Source: an uncultured Candidatus Binatia bacterium (GTDB taxonomy: Bacteria > Desulfobacterota > Binatia > UBA9968 > JAJDTQ01). From it: DNA of 64,000 nt. The translations under genes were made by a program, and so were the position numbers. A model generated the notes under the pieces. It searched no databases, was not told the DNA's origin, and saw only the letters and a list, made by a program, of their open reading frames with translations. The stretch covers positions 2,287,318 through 2,351,317 of the forward strand of contig CBDCOS010000002.1 in assembly GCA_965219905.1 (NCBI GenBank), given 5' to 3'. Below, piece after piece: positions 55,290 to 64,000 of this stretch (the first letter of the stretch is position 1; every line of letters starts with the position of its first letter).

Positions 55290-56333
55290 TCAGGACTCGC
55301 CGCGATCAAGCCGGTAGACCCCGGTCGCCGTGTCATGAAACAGTGCATTCCGCTCCGGCTCGGAGTACTCCCCCGCGATGATCTTGAATGCATTCCACAC
55401 CGACCCATAGGAGTAGGACACCCGGTCCACCGGAAAGTTGCTTTCGAACATGCAGCGGCCGGTGCCGAACTTCTCGATGCAGTGTTCGAAGTAGGGCCGC
55501 ATGGCTTCGGCCAGCTCGGCGGAGCCGGGCTTGGGGTCGCGCGTGTGCCAGTCGTAGCCCGAGCGCAAGGAGCCGACGCCGCCCAGCTTGAGCACCACGT
55601 TGGCGCAGGACGACAGCGCGGTGATGTCGGCGCTCCAGTTCCGGAAAACCTCGTCGCGCCGTCCCTCGTAGGGGCCGAGCCCCAGGGGGCCGCCGATGTG
55701 GTCGAGGATGATGGGCACCTCCGGGAAGTCCCGGGCCAGCTCCACCAGCTCGGGAATCTGCGGGTGATAGAGCCACGCGTCGAAGCTGAGCCCCAGGGGC
55801 TGGAGGCGCGCGAAGCCCTTCCGGACCGTGGCGTCCCGGAGCAGGCCGGCGCGCGGCACGCTCCGGAACGAGTCCGACGCGTCCCACATGGTGGAATAGC
55901 GGATGCCCCGCAGGCGGGTGGGGCTGGCCTCCAGGTGTGCTTCCAGTACGGCGGCCACGGCGTCGCCCAGGGACAGGTCGGCGTAGGCCACGATGGCGGC
56001 CGCTACCGTCGGCGGCGTCCCCGAGGAAGAGCTCTCCGCCGCGATGCCCTCCAGGAACTCCGTCTCGCCCACCGGCTGCAGCTCCGGCGGTCCGCTTTCG
56101 CGGTACATCGCCCCGCATTCCACCGCCACGCTGGAGACGATGCGATGGCCGGCCGAGGCGTCGCGCAGGAAATCGTCGAGCAGGTACGGGTTGTCGGGAC
56201 GCCGCCACAGGTGATGGTGCGGGTCGCAGATGGGGAGATCGAGCTCCAGCGGGGCTTCTTCAACCACGCCGGCCATGGGTTGGGTCACGTTCGCACTGTC
56301 CCTTCGAGTTTGGTAGACAGGGTTTTCCTTCAT
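55290..56333 (-). CDS. Amidohydrolase family protein (lactonase-like)
   Basis: DPHHHLW, PVGETEF, ILDHIGG, MFESNFPVD; start may be ATG 56276. Confidence 0.88.
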   Translation of the reverse strand: MKENPVYQTRRDSANVTQPMAGVVEEAPLELDLPICDPHHHLWRRPDNPYLLDDFLRDASAGHRIVSSVAVECGAMYRESGPPELQPVGETEFLEGIAAESSSSGTPPTVAAAIVAYADLSLGDAVAAVLEAHLEASPTRLRGIRYSTMWDASDSFRSVPRAGLLRDATVRKGFARLQPLGLSFDAWLYHPQIPELVELARDFPEVPIILDHIGGPLGLGPYEGRRDEVFRNWSADITALSSCANVVLKLGGVGSLRSGYDWHTRDPKPGSAELAEAMRPYFEHCIEKFGTGRCMFESNFPVDRVSYSYGSVWNAFKIIAGEYSEPERNALFHDTATGVYRLDRGES

Positions 56334-56364
56334 CGGACGAGCCGATTCCGGCTGAGGAGGTCGC

Positions 56365-57621
56365 GTGGATTTCGAGCTGGCCCGTTACCCTGTCCAGTCC
56401 CTTTCCTGGGGCGCCCACACCGAATATCGGGAAGGCGAACTCGTTGTCAACCGCGAGGCGCTGCGCGCCGAGCTGCTGACCGAACCGCTTGTTGACGACG
56501 TCGAGCTGAGCATCATCCGGCCCGGGGAGCGTACCCGGGTGCTCCACGTGGTGGACATCGTCGAGCCCCGTTGGAAGGACCCGGAACGCGGCAGCGCGTT
56601 CCCCGGCAGCCTCGGGCCGCTGGTCCAGTGCGGCCTCGGCCGCACCCACGCGCTGGACGGCGTGGCGGTGGTGACGTCCGGCTCGCTGCCCCGGTCCGAG
56701 GAGGCCATCATCGACATGTGCGGCCCCGGCAGCGAGTTGAGCCGGTTCGGCCAGATGCCCGGTCTGGTGGTGCTGCCCAGGGCGCGCGAGGGGTCCGACC
56801 CCGGCGAGTTCGGCCTGGCGCTCATGCGCGCGGGGCTTCGGACGGCGGTCTTCCTGGCCCAGACCACCCAGGGGGTCGAGCCGGCCCGCACCGAAGCCTT
56901 CTCCCTGGACCTGGGACGCAACGCGTCGTCGGACCTGCCGCGCGTGGGATACCTGAGCTTCGCCTACTCCCACGGCATCGGCCGCCAGAAGCTCTTCTAC
57001 GGCAAGAGCACCAAGGACATCGTTCCCAGCGTGATCCATCCCAACGAGCTGCTGGACGGAGCGCTGGTGAACGACGGCTATACCAAGCCCACCAAGAACG
57101 CCACCCACGACATCCTGAACCACCCGATGATCCGGGAGCTCCACCGCCGCCACAACCGCGACCTCGTGTTCGCGGGCATGGTGCTGGCCAACCATTACGC
57201 CACATACGAAGAAAAGGCCGCCGGGGCCTGGCACGCGGCACGCCTGCTCAGGCACGTGGTGGAGGCCGACGCGGTGGTCATCACGAAGGACGGCGGCGGC
57301 CAGGCGGACGTGGACCTGATGCTGGCCTGCCGGGCGTGCGAGGAGGCGGGGCTGCGCACGGTGCTGGTGGCCAAGGAGGAGTCCGGGGGCGACGGTCCGT
57401 CGATGGTGGACGTGGCGCCCCAGGCGGACGCCATGGTGAGCGTGGGCAACTGTCCCGAGAAGGTGCGCCTCGATCAGTCCATGGAACTGGTCATCGGCGG
57501 CGATGCCTTTCTCGGCGCCATCCAGGGGGACGTGGCCGGCACGGTGGAGATCCCGGTCCAGAACATCATCGGCGCCATCGATCCCATCGGCGGCTCGACG
57601 TTGACGGCACGGCCGGGGTAG
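56365..57621 (+). CDS. Glycine/sarcosine/betaine reductase component B proprotein-like subunit (GrdE/GrdI-like)
   Basis: IIRPGERTR..DIVEPR, G.THALDGVAVV, IIDMCGPG, HPNELLDGA, NHPMIREL, GGG.ADVD. Confidence 0.85.
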   Translation: MDFELARYPVQSLSWGAHTEYREGELVVNREALRAELLTEPLVDDVELSIIRPGERTRVLHVVDIVEPRWKDPERGSAFPGSLGPLVQCGLGRTHALDGVAVVTSGSLPRSEEAIIDMCGPGSELSRFGQMPGLVVLPRAREGSDPGEFGLALMRAGLRTAVFLAQTTQGVEPARTEAFSLDLGRNASSDLPRVGYLSFAYSHGIGRQKLFYGKSTKDIVPSVIHPNELLDGALVNDGYTKPTKNATHDILNHPMIRELHRRHNRDLVFAGMVLANHYATYEEKAAGAWHAARLLRHVVEADAVVITKDGGGQADVDLMLACRACEEAGLRTVLVAKEESGGDGPSMVDVAPQADAMVSVGNCPEKVRLDQSMELVIGGDAFLGAIQGDVAGTVEIPVQNIIGAIDPIGGSTLTARPG

Positions 57622-57631
57622 GAGGGACAAC

Positions 57632-58921
57632 ATGAAGCGAATCGTCCACTACGTGAACCAGTTCTTCGCCGGCCAGGGCGGCGAGGAGAGCGCGGACGCG
57701 CCGCCGGGCGCGCTGGAAGGGGCGGTAGGGCCGGGCAGGCTGTTGCAGACCTTGCTGGGTGAAGGAGCCGGCGTCGTGGCCACGGTCTACTGCGGCGACG
57801 ACCACTTCTCCGAGAACGAGGAGGGCGCGACGGCCCGGCTGCTGGAGCTCATTGCCGAGACCAAGCCCGACTTGCTGTTCGCCGGCCCGGCCTTCGGCTC
57901 GGGGCGCTACGGGCTGGCGTGCGCCGGCGTGTGCCGGGCGGTGGCGGCCGAGTTGGGCATACCGGTGCTGACCGCCATGTCGCCGTCCAACCCCGGCGCC
58001 GATTCGATTCGAAGCACGATCCCGGTGGTGCAGACCGGCGAGTCGTCGGGCGACATGCGCGCCGCCCTCGAACGCTCGGCCGCGGTCATCGTCAAGCTCC
58101 TCACCGGTGAGGCCGTGGCTCCGGGCAGCGAGGAAGGCCTGATTCCCCGCGGCGGCCGGTGGAACACGCGGGTCTCCAGGCACGCGGCCGAGCGGGCCGT
58201 GGACCTGTTGCTGGCGAAGCTCGGCGGCGGTCCGATGGAGACGGAGATCCCGCTGCCGCCGTTCCAGGAGGTGGCGCCGGCGCCGGGCATCCGCGACCTC
58301 GGCCACGCCAGGATCGCGCTGGTCACCACCGGCGGCCTCGTGCCCCGGGGAAACCCGGACGGCATCAAGTCGTACCTGTCCACCCACTTCGGCGCCTACG
58401 GCATGGAGAGCAGGGAGCACCTCGCCGCGGACGACTTCGAGTCCGTTCACGGCGGTTTCTTCACCGCGGCGGTGAACCAGGACCCCAACCGGCTGATCCC
58501 TCTGGACGTGCTGCGGGATGCCGTGCGCGACGGGTCCCTGGGCGGGCTGCACGAGTACTTCTACTCCACCACGGGCAACGGCACGCCGGTGGAGACCGCC
58601 GCCGAGATGGCGCGGGACATCGCTTCATCGCTGGAGGAGGACAAGGTCGACGGCGTCATCCTCACCTCCGCCTGAGGGACCTGCACTCGCTGCGGCGCAG
58701 CGATGGCAAAGGAACTGGAGAGAGCCGGCATCCCCACCGTGCACGTCACCAATCTCGTGTCGGTGTCGGAGAACACCGGCGCCAAGCGGATCATGTCGGG
58801 ACGGGCCATCCCGCACGTTTTCGGCGACCCGGCGCTTGACGCGGACGAGGAGCGACGGCTCCGGCGGCGGCTGGTGGAACAGGCGCTTGAGATGCTGAAA
58901 GAGCAGGAGAGCGCGACGTAA
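57632..58921 (+). CDS. grdB: Glycine/betaine/sarcosine reductase selenoprotein B (Sec at UGA 58673-58675), 429 aa
   Basis: HYVNQFFAGQGGEE, GPAFGSGRYG, HGG, DPNR; in-frame ILTSA-TGA-GTCTRCGAAM continuing into the 58703-58921 ORF. Confidence 0.93.
58687..58703 (+). promoter_or_regulatory. Putative bacterial SECIS hairpin
   Basis: tcgctgc-ggc-gcagcga, 17 nt long, starting 11 nt after the UGA, with G-first loop. Confidence 0.75.
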
Positions 58922-58936
58922 CGGACCGATTAGGGG

Positions 58937-58965
58937 TTGACACAGGCACTGTAAAGTCGGTTAAT
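58937..58965 (+). promoter_or_regulatory. Possible sigma70 promoter of the tct operon
   Basis: Perfect TTGACA followed by N17-GTTAAT (weak -10 box). Confidence 0.4.
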
Positions 58966-58993
58966 CGCACGATCAAACCCGAAGGAGGCACGC

Positions 58994-60040
58994 ATGTTTA
59001 GACGAATTCCCGTTCTGATGGCAGGGTTGCTGCTCCTGGCGAGCCCCGCGTGGGGCGACGCGGTGGCGGATTTCTACAAGGGCAAGCAAATTCGCATTGT
59101 CGTGGGTTATGGTCCGGGCGGCACCACCGACCTCACCACCCGGCTCATTGCTCCGGTCCTGCACAAGTACATTCCCGGCAGTCCCCGGATCGTGGTCCAG
59201 AACAAGTCGGGCGGCGGCAGCGCCCTGGCGGCCAACACGGTGTTCAACAACGAGCGCAGGGACGGCACCGTGATGGCGGCCATCAGCAGCAGCCTCGTCA
59301 TGAAGCAGGCTCGCGGCGTGGCGGGGATCAAGTTCGACGGCAGAAAGTTCAACTGGGTCGCGAGCGCGTTCCGGGCCAACTCCGCGTGCGCGGTGCGGCT
59401 GGATGCGGGCGTGAGCACCTTCGCCGAGGCGGTGAAGACCAAGAAACAGCTCATCGTGTCGAGCTTCGACAAGGGGGGTCTGTCCCACCTCGAGCCGATC
59501 TTCTTCAACGCGATCTTCGGCAGCAACTTCAAGGCCGTGACGGGATTCCCCAGCGGCGGCGCGCAGCGTCTGGCGGTGAAGAACGGCGAGGTCAACGGCT
59601 TCTGCACGACGTTCCAGACCATGGCCAGCACCGAGATCGCCATGTTCGAGGGTGAGGGGAAGTGCTGCCGCGTCCTGATCATCGCCGGCGAGAAGAAGGC
59701 GGACCACCCGCTGCTGAAGGGCGTGCCCGCGGCCGAGGCGCTGGCCAAGGAGCAGGGCAAGAGCAAGGACGAACTGGCCATGCTGAGGGCGATGAACGCC
59801 ACCAACCAGATCAGCATCGTCCACACGCTCCCGCCCGGAGTGCCGAAAGACCGTGTCGAGGCCCTGCGCGACGGCTTTGCCAAGGCATACAACGACCCGC
59901 AGGTCCAGGCACTGGCCAAGAAGCAGAACCGCAATCTGCAGCCCAGGCGGGGCGACGGCGTGGCCAAGATCGTCGAGGAGTTGCTCAACACTCCCAAGCC
60001 CCTGATGGACAAGATCAAGGCTCTCATCGCGAAGGGCTAA
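58994..60040 (+). CDS. tctC: Tripartite tricarboxylate transporter substrate-binding protein
   Basis: Signal peptide, FYKGKQIRIVVGYGPGGTTD, VQNKSGGGS, GEV. Confidence 0.9.
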   Translation: MFRRIPVLMAGLLLLASPAWGDAVADFYKGKQIRIVVGYGPGGTTDLTTRLIAPVLHKYIPGSPRIVVQNKSGGGSALAANTVFNNERRDGTVMAAISSSLVMKQARGVAGIKFDGRKFNWVASAFRANSACAVRLDAGVSTFAEAVKTKKQLIVSSFDKGGLSHLEPIFFNAIFGSNFKAVTGFPSGGAQRLAVKNGEVNGFCTTFQTMASTEIAMFEGEGKCCRVLIIAGEKKADHPLLKGVPAAEALAKEQGKSKDELAMLRAMNATNQISIVHTLPPGVPKDRVEALRDGFAKAYNDPQVQALAKKQNRNLQPRRGDGVAKIVEELLNTPKPLMDKIKALIAKG

Positions 60041-60083
60041 ACAGCGGCGGCGTGCCGTCGAATCAACGTGGGTGATACCGGGA

Positions 60084-60120
60084 CCCGGTCCGCGTCCGCC
60101 GCCGGCGGTCGCGGGCCGGG
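60084..60120 (+). other. GC-rich stem-loop between tctC and tctA (mRNA stabiliser or attenuator)
   Basis: cccggtccgcg-t-ccgcc-gcc-ggcgg-t-cgcgggccggg. Confidence 0.55.
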
Positions 60121-60198
60121 CTCCGCTCTCCGTACCCTGCTGAAACCCGAACTCTAACCCGAAAACCGCGAACCAGCCGTTCCCGTTGCCACGACGCC

Positions 60199-61695
60199 AT
60201 GCTGGAAGCCTTCATCACAGGACTCATCCAGGTATTCGATCAGACCACGTTCCTGCTGATGTGCATCGGCATCTTCCTGGGGTTCATCGTCGGGATCCTG
60301 CCCGGCATCGGCAGCCCCGGGGCGGTGGCGCTCATGCTGCCGTTCATCTTCGAGATGGACCCGGTGCAGGCGTTCGCCTTCCTGCTGGGGATGTACGCGG
60401 TCACCGGCACCACCGGTGACATTACCTCGATCCTGTTCGGCGTGCCCGGGGAGGTGGTGTCCACCGCCACCATCATCGACGGGCACCCCATGGCCAAGAA
60501 GGGCGAGGCCGGCCGCGCCCTGGGCGCGGCGCTCATGAGCTCGCTGGTGGGCGCCATCGTCGGCGCCTTCTCCCTGGCGTTGGCCATCCCCATCGTCACC
60601 CCGCTGGTGCTCTCCTTCAAGTCGCCGGAGTTCTTCTCTCTTGCGATTTTGGGGATCTGTTTTCTCGCGGCGCTGAGCGGCGACAACAAGCTCAAGGGGG
60701 TGCTGGCCGGCGGACTCGGGCTCGTGCTTTCCACGGTGGGCCTGGACTACCAGGAGAACATCGAGCGCTATACCTTCGGCCTGGTGAACCTGTGGGAGGG
60801 CGTGGGACTCATCGCCGCGGCCGTGGGATTGTTCGCGGTGCCCGAGATCGTGGAACTGTGGGTCAAGGGCTCTGCCATCGCAGAAGCCAAGGTGGGCAAG
60901 CTGGGCGGCGTGTGGCAGGGGGTCAAGGACACCTTCGTCCACATCGGCATCACCGTGCGCTGCAGCATGATCGGCACCTTCTTCGGGCTCGTGCCCGGGG
61001 TGAGCGCCGCGCTGTCCCAGTGGGTGTCCTACGCCCACGCGGTGCAGAGCACCCGGGACCGCAGCGGCTTCGGCAAGGGCGACGTGCGTGGCGTCCTGGG
61101 GCCGGGTGCGGCCAACAACTCGGGCATCGGCGCCGCCATGATCCCCACCGTGGCCTTCGGCGTGCCCGGCAGCGCCACCACCGCCATCCTGCTGGGCGCG
61201 TTCATCATCCAGGGATTGCAGCCCGGGCCGAAGATGCTGACCGAACACCTGTCCCTGACCTTCTCGTTCGTCTGGCTCATCGTCATCTCGAACATCATCA
61301 CCGTGGTGCTGTGCCTGCTGTTCCTGAACCAGTTGGCGAAGATCACCCAGGTCCGCGGGTCGCTGCTGATTCCCGCGCTGTTCATGCTCATCTTCCTGGC
61401 GGGTTTCGCCAACACCGGGTCCTACTTCGCCATGACCACCACGCTGGTGTTCGGAGTGATGGGGGTGGTGATGGTGAACCACGGCTGGCCGCGCCCGCCG
61501 CTGGTGCTGGGGCTGGTGCTGGGGTCCCTGGTGGAGCGGAACCTGTTCATCTCCTACGAGATCTACGGGCTTGCGTTCCTGCTGCGGCCCATCGTCATGG
61601 TGACCTTCGGCATCGCGCTGGTCGTGATCTTCCTGCCCGGCTTGCAGGACTGGATGGCGAAGCGGGGTCAGCTCAAGGAGGAGCCGGATGCGTAA
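60199..61695 (+). CDS. tctA: Tripartite tricarboxylate transporter permease TctA
   Basis: GILPGIG, ILFGVPG, DGHPMAKKG.AGRAL, AANNS, GVPGS. Confidence 0.93.
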   Translation: MLEAFITGLIQVFDQTTFLLMCIGIFLGFIVGILPGIGSPGAVALMLPFIFEMDPVQAFAFLLGMYAVTGTTGDITSILFGVPGEVVSTATIIDGHPMAKKGEAGRALGAALMSSLVGAIVGAFSLALAIPIVTPLVLSFKSPEFFSLAILGICFLAALSGDNKLKGVLAGGLGLVLSTVGLDYQENIERYTFGLVNLWEGVGLIAAAVGLFAVPEIVELWVKGSAIAEAKVGKLGGVWQGVKDTFVHIGITVRCSMIGTFFGLVPGVSAALSQWVSYAHAVQSTRDRSGFGKGDVRGVLGPGAANNSGIGAAMIPTVAFGVPGSATTAILLGAFIIQGLQPGPKMLTEHLSLTFSFVWLIVISNIITVVLCLLFLNQLAKITQVRGSLLIPALFMLIFLAGFANTGSYFAMTTTLVFGVMGVVMVNHGWPRPPLVLGLVLGSLVERNLFISYEIYGLAFLLRPIVMVTFGIALVVIFLPGLQDWMAKRGQLKEEPDA

Positions 61696-62233
61696 CCGGA
61701 CGGACGTCATCATCGGCGTGCTGCTGGTGACGCTCCTCTCGTGGTCGGTCTGGGAGGCGCAGGGGTGGCCGGCCCGCACCCGTTTCTTCCCCCTGGCCAT
61801 CGGCTATCCGGTGCTGGCCATGGCGGTGATGCACCTCGCGTACAGCCTGTGGCTGGGGCTCCGGCCCGCCAGGTTCGACCGGGGTCCGGCGGCGCCCCAG
61901 CCCGTGGTGGAAGCCGGGCCCGTGCTGGAACCGGCCATGGTTCGCCGGCGCACGCTCGAGATCTCCTTCTGGGCCGTGATGTTTGCCTTGGGTCTGTATC
62001 TCCTGGGGTTCAAGGTGGGCGGGCTGGTCATACCGGTGATCTTCCTCCGATTTCAGGCCCGCGAGCTCTGGCGCACCAGCCTCCTGTACAGTCTGGGCGT
62101 GTACGTCTTCTTCAAGATCGGGCTGGAGGAGGCGCTTTCATTTCCGCTGCCCGCCGGCCAGATCGCCTTCGGACTGGGCCTCTACTCCTTCGATTCCTAC
62201 CTGATTGACCCGGTTCTGAACCTGGTGCGTTGA
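61688..62233 (+). CDS. tctB: Tripartite tricarboxylate transporter small subunit TctB
   Basis: 4-5 TM segments, FFP, LGF, PLPAG; overlaps the tctA stop. Confidence 0.8.
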   Translation: MRNRTDVIIGVLLVTLLSWSVWEAQGWPARTRFFPLAIGYPVLAMAVMHLAYSLWLGLRPARFDRGPAAPQPVVEAGPVLEPAMVRRRTLEISFWAVMFALGLYLLGFKVGGLVIPVIFLRFQARELWRTSLLYSLGVYVFFKIGLEEALSFPLPAGQIAFGLGLYSFDSYLIDPVLNLVR

Positions 62234-62268
62234 GGGGGTCCCGTACCCGAAGATTCGGCGGAAGGACC

Positions 62269-63462
62269 ATGTCCGGCGCTCTCAAGGATAAGTTCGCCAT
62301 TGTCGGCCTCGGGCTGCTTGCCGGCCGGTTCGAAGACCGAAGCCTGCGGACGCTCCAGGCGGAGGCCGCCCGGCTCGCCATCGAGGACGCCGGCCTCACC
62401 ACAAGCGACGTCGACGGTGCGGTCGATCTCAAGATCGCACCCGGCGCGGGAGACGTTCCGTCCTCGACCGATGCCTTTCCGCGCGTTCTCGGCCTGCCGT
62501 GCCGCATGTTCTTCCAGGTTGCCCGTGGCGGCACCGCCAGCATCGTCGGCATTGTCGCGGCTACCAAGTTTCTCGAGCTCGGCATGGCCAACTATGTCGT
62601 GCTCGCGTCGGGTACGAAGGATTACTCGCGGAGCCGGGTTGCGCGGCGAACGGGCAATACCAGCATCGGAGTCATGGAAAAATCGGGCTATTGGGGGAGG
62701 CCGTTCGGCGATCTGGCGGCGATGAGTCACCACACTTTCTTTGCTGCGCGCCACATGCACGAGTTCGGCACGACGAAGGAGCAGTTCGGCGAGATTTCCG
62801 TGGCGATCCGCGGTTGGGCCCAATCCAACCCATTGGCGCAGTTCCGTGATCGGCCGCTGACGCTGTCCGAATACATGGACGCTCCACCCCTCGTCTGGCC
62901 CTACAACATCTTCGACGCTTGCGTCGTGAGCGACGGCGGGTTCGCCATCGTCCTGACAACCGCCGAACGGGCGAAGGACCTGGCCCGCAAACCCGTCCAT
63001 GTTTCGGGCGCCGGGGTGGGAGAGGCCATGGGGCAGCTCTGGTGGGACAAGGCCAACTACACGCGTCTTGCCGTACAGACCGCCAGGGAAACCGCCTTCC
63101 GTGAAGCGGAGATCGACCTCGAGGATCTCGACTTCGCGGGGCTCTATGATTGTTTCACCGCCGAGGTGCTGTTCCAGTTGGAGGATTACGGATGGTGCAG
63201 GAAGGGTGAAGGTGGCGCTTTCGTCGAGGGAGGGCGCATCGGTCCGGGGGGCGAGGTCGCGATCAATACGAGCGGCGGGCTCCTGTCGGCATATCACCTG
63301 GGCGAGCAGACTCATGTCGCGGAGGCCATCATGCAGCTCCGCGGCGAAGCCGGCGAGCGGCAGGTGGCAAACGCGAGGATCGGGATGGCGACGGGACACG
63401 GCGGCGAGATCCTTTCGCCCGGGATGTGCTCGACCCATGCCTGCGTGATCCTGAGCAACTGA
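62269..63462 (+). CDS. Thiolase-fold protein (SCP2/Ltp2-like, no canonical catalytic Cys)
   Basis: AIVGLG, NPLAQFR, DACVVSDGG, LYDCFT, NTSGGLLS, QLRGEAGERQV. Confidence 0.88.
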   Translation: MSGALKDKFAIVGLGLLAGRFEDRSLRTLQAEAARLAIEDAGLTTSDVDGAVDLKIAPGAGDVPSSTDAFPRVLGLPCRMFFQVARGGTASIVGIVAATKFLELGMANYVVLASGTKDYSRSRVARRTGNTSIGVMEKSGYWGRPFGDLAAMSHHTFFAARHMHEFGTTKEQFGEISVAIRGWAQSNPLAQFRDRPLTLSEYMDAPPLVWPYNIFDACVVSDGGFAIVLTTAERAKDLARKPVHVSGAGVGEAMGQLWWDKANYTRLAVQTARETAFREAEIDLEDLDFAGLYDCFTAEVLFQLEDYGWCRKGEGGAFVEGGRIGPGGEVAINTSGGLLSAYHLGEQTHVAEAIMQLRGEAGERQVANARIGMATGHGGEILSPGMCSTHACVILSN

Positions 63463-63482
63463 AGCCAGCGCAAGTGGAGCCG

Positions 63483-63902
63483 ATGATCATGTCTGCGTCC
63501 TACCCGAAGCCGGCCATCGATGAGGACAACAAGCCATTCTGGGACGCGGTCCGGAATCGGAAGTTCGTGCTGATGCAGTGCCGTGAGTGCGGCGCCTGGT
63601 ATTGGCCGGCGGCCTACTGCCGCAATCACGCCAACCAGCCTTTCTACGGCAGCCTCGAGTGGCGCGAAGCGTCGGGCCGCGGCAAGGTCTTCGCATACAA
63701 CGTGCATCACCGGGCCTTCGATCCGGCTTTCAAAGCCGATCTGCCCTATGTCTATGCTTTGATTGAGCTTGAGGAAGGCCCGATGTTCGGCACGAACATC
63801 GTGGGCTGCGAACCGGGTGATGTTTCGATCGGCATGGACGTAGAGGTCCGTTTTATCGAAAGGGGCGGCGCCTTGTTGCCGGTCTTTGGGCCCGGGGGCT
63901 GA
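63483..63902 (+). CDS. Zn-ribbon/OB-fold (DUF35) protein
   Basis: PFWDA, QCRECG..WP..C, ASGRGKV, PYVYALIELEEGP, IGMDVEV.F. Confidence 0.9.
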   Translation: MIMSASYPKPAIDEDNKPFWDAVRNRKFVLMQCRECGAWYWPAAYCRNHANQPFYGSLEWREASGRGKVFAYNVHHRAFDPAFKADLPYVYALIELEEGPMFGTNIVGCEPGDVSIGMDVEVRFIERGGALLPVFGPGG

Positions 63903-64000
63903 GGATTGGGGAAGACCACCCCGTTGGCCCCGGAAAGACAGCCTATCCGAAAAATGACTTGAGCAGCAAAGAAATGACACCCGCGACGGTCGCGCCACTC

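Noticed and set aside
58703-58921. Separate 72-aa gene, or grdB as a nonsense pseudogene
   Set aside because: Better explained as the C-terminus of Sec-containing GrdB.
63974-64000. Possible start of a next gene at the window edge
   Set aside because: Only nine codons are visible.

Overview
High-GC bacterial chromosomal segment. The gene content resembles marine or sponge-associated heterotrophs such as Binatia or Tectomicrobia (inference only). Most of it is catabolic: six amidohydrolase-superfamily genes, a LigB-type dioxygenase, hydantoinase A/B, a Mo-hydroxylase large subunit, an amidase, SDRs, a tripartite tricarboxylate transporter and a thiolase/DUF35 pair, with several palindromic REP-like repeat families between genes. 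No rRNA, tRNA or CRISPR array was seen. Highlights: (1) a 3.8-kb element with two tandem, apparently intact arm-domain tyrosine recombinases, bounded by a perfect 30-bp direct repeat (1871-1900 / 5653-5682), next to a broken higBA pair; (2) a selenocysteine gene that the ORF track splits: GrdB-like 57632-58921, with an in-frame UGA in a UxxCxxC motif and a SECIS-like hairpin 11 nt downstream. Its GrdE-like partner lacks the pyruvoyl-forming Cys, no grdA/C/D are present, and a TTT transporter follows; (3) an islet RHH-SRAP-BrnT-BrnA in which the antitoxin is fused to a uracil-DNA-glycosylase-like domain; (4) a GOLPH3/GPP34 + cNMP-patatin + thioesterase module preceded by a perfect 41-bp palindrome; (5) nested repeats, including a MITE-like unit inside a REP and polar REP half-site arrays. 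All family calls come from motif recognition by eye; no database searches were run.
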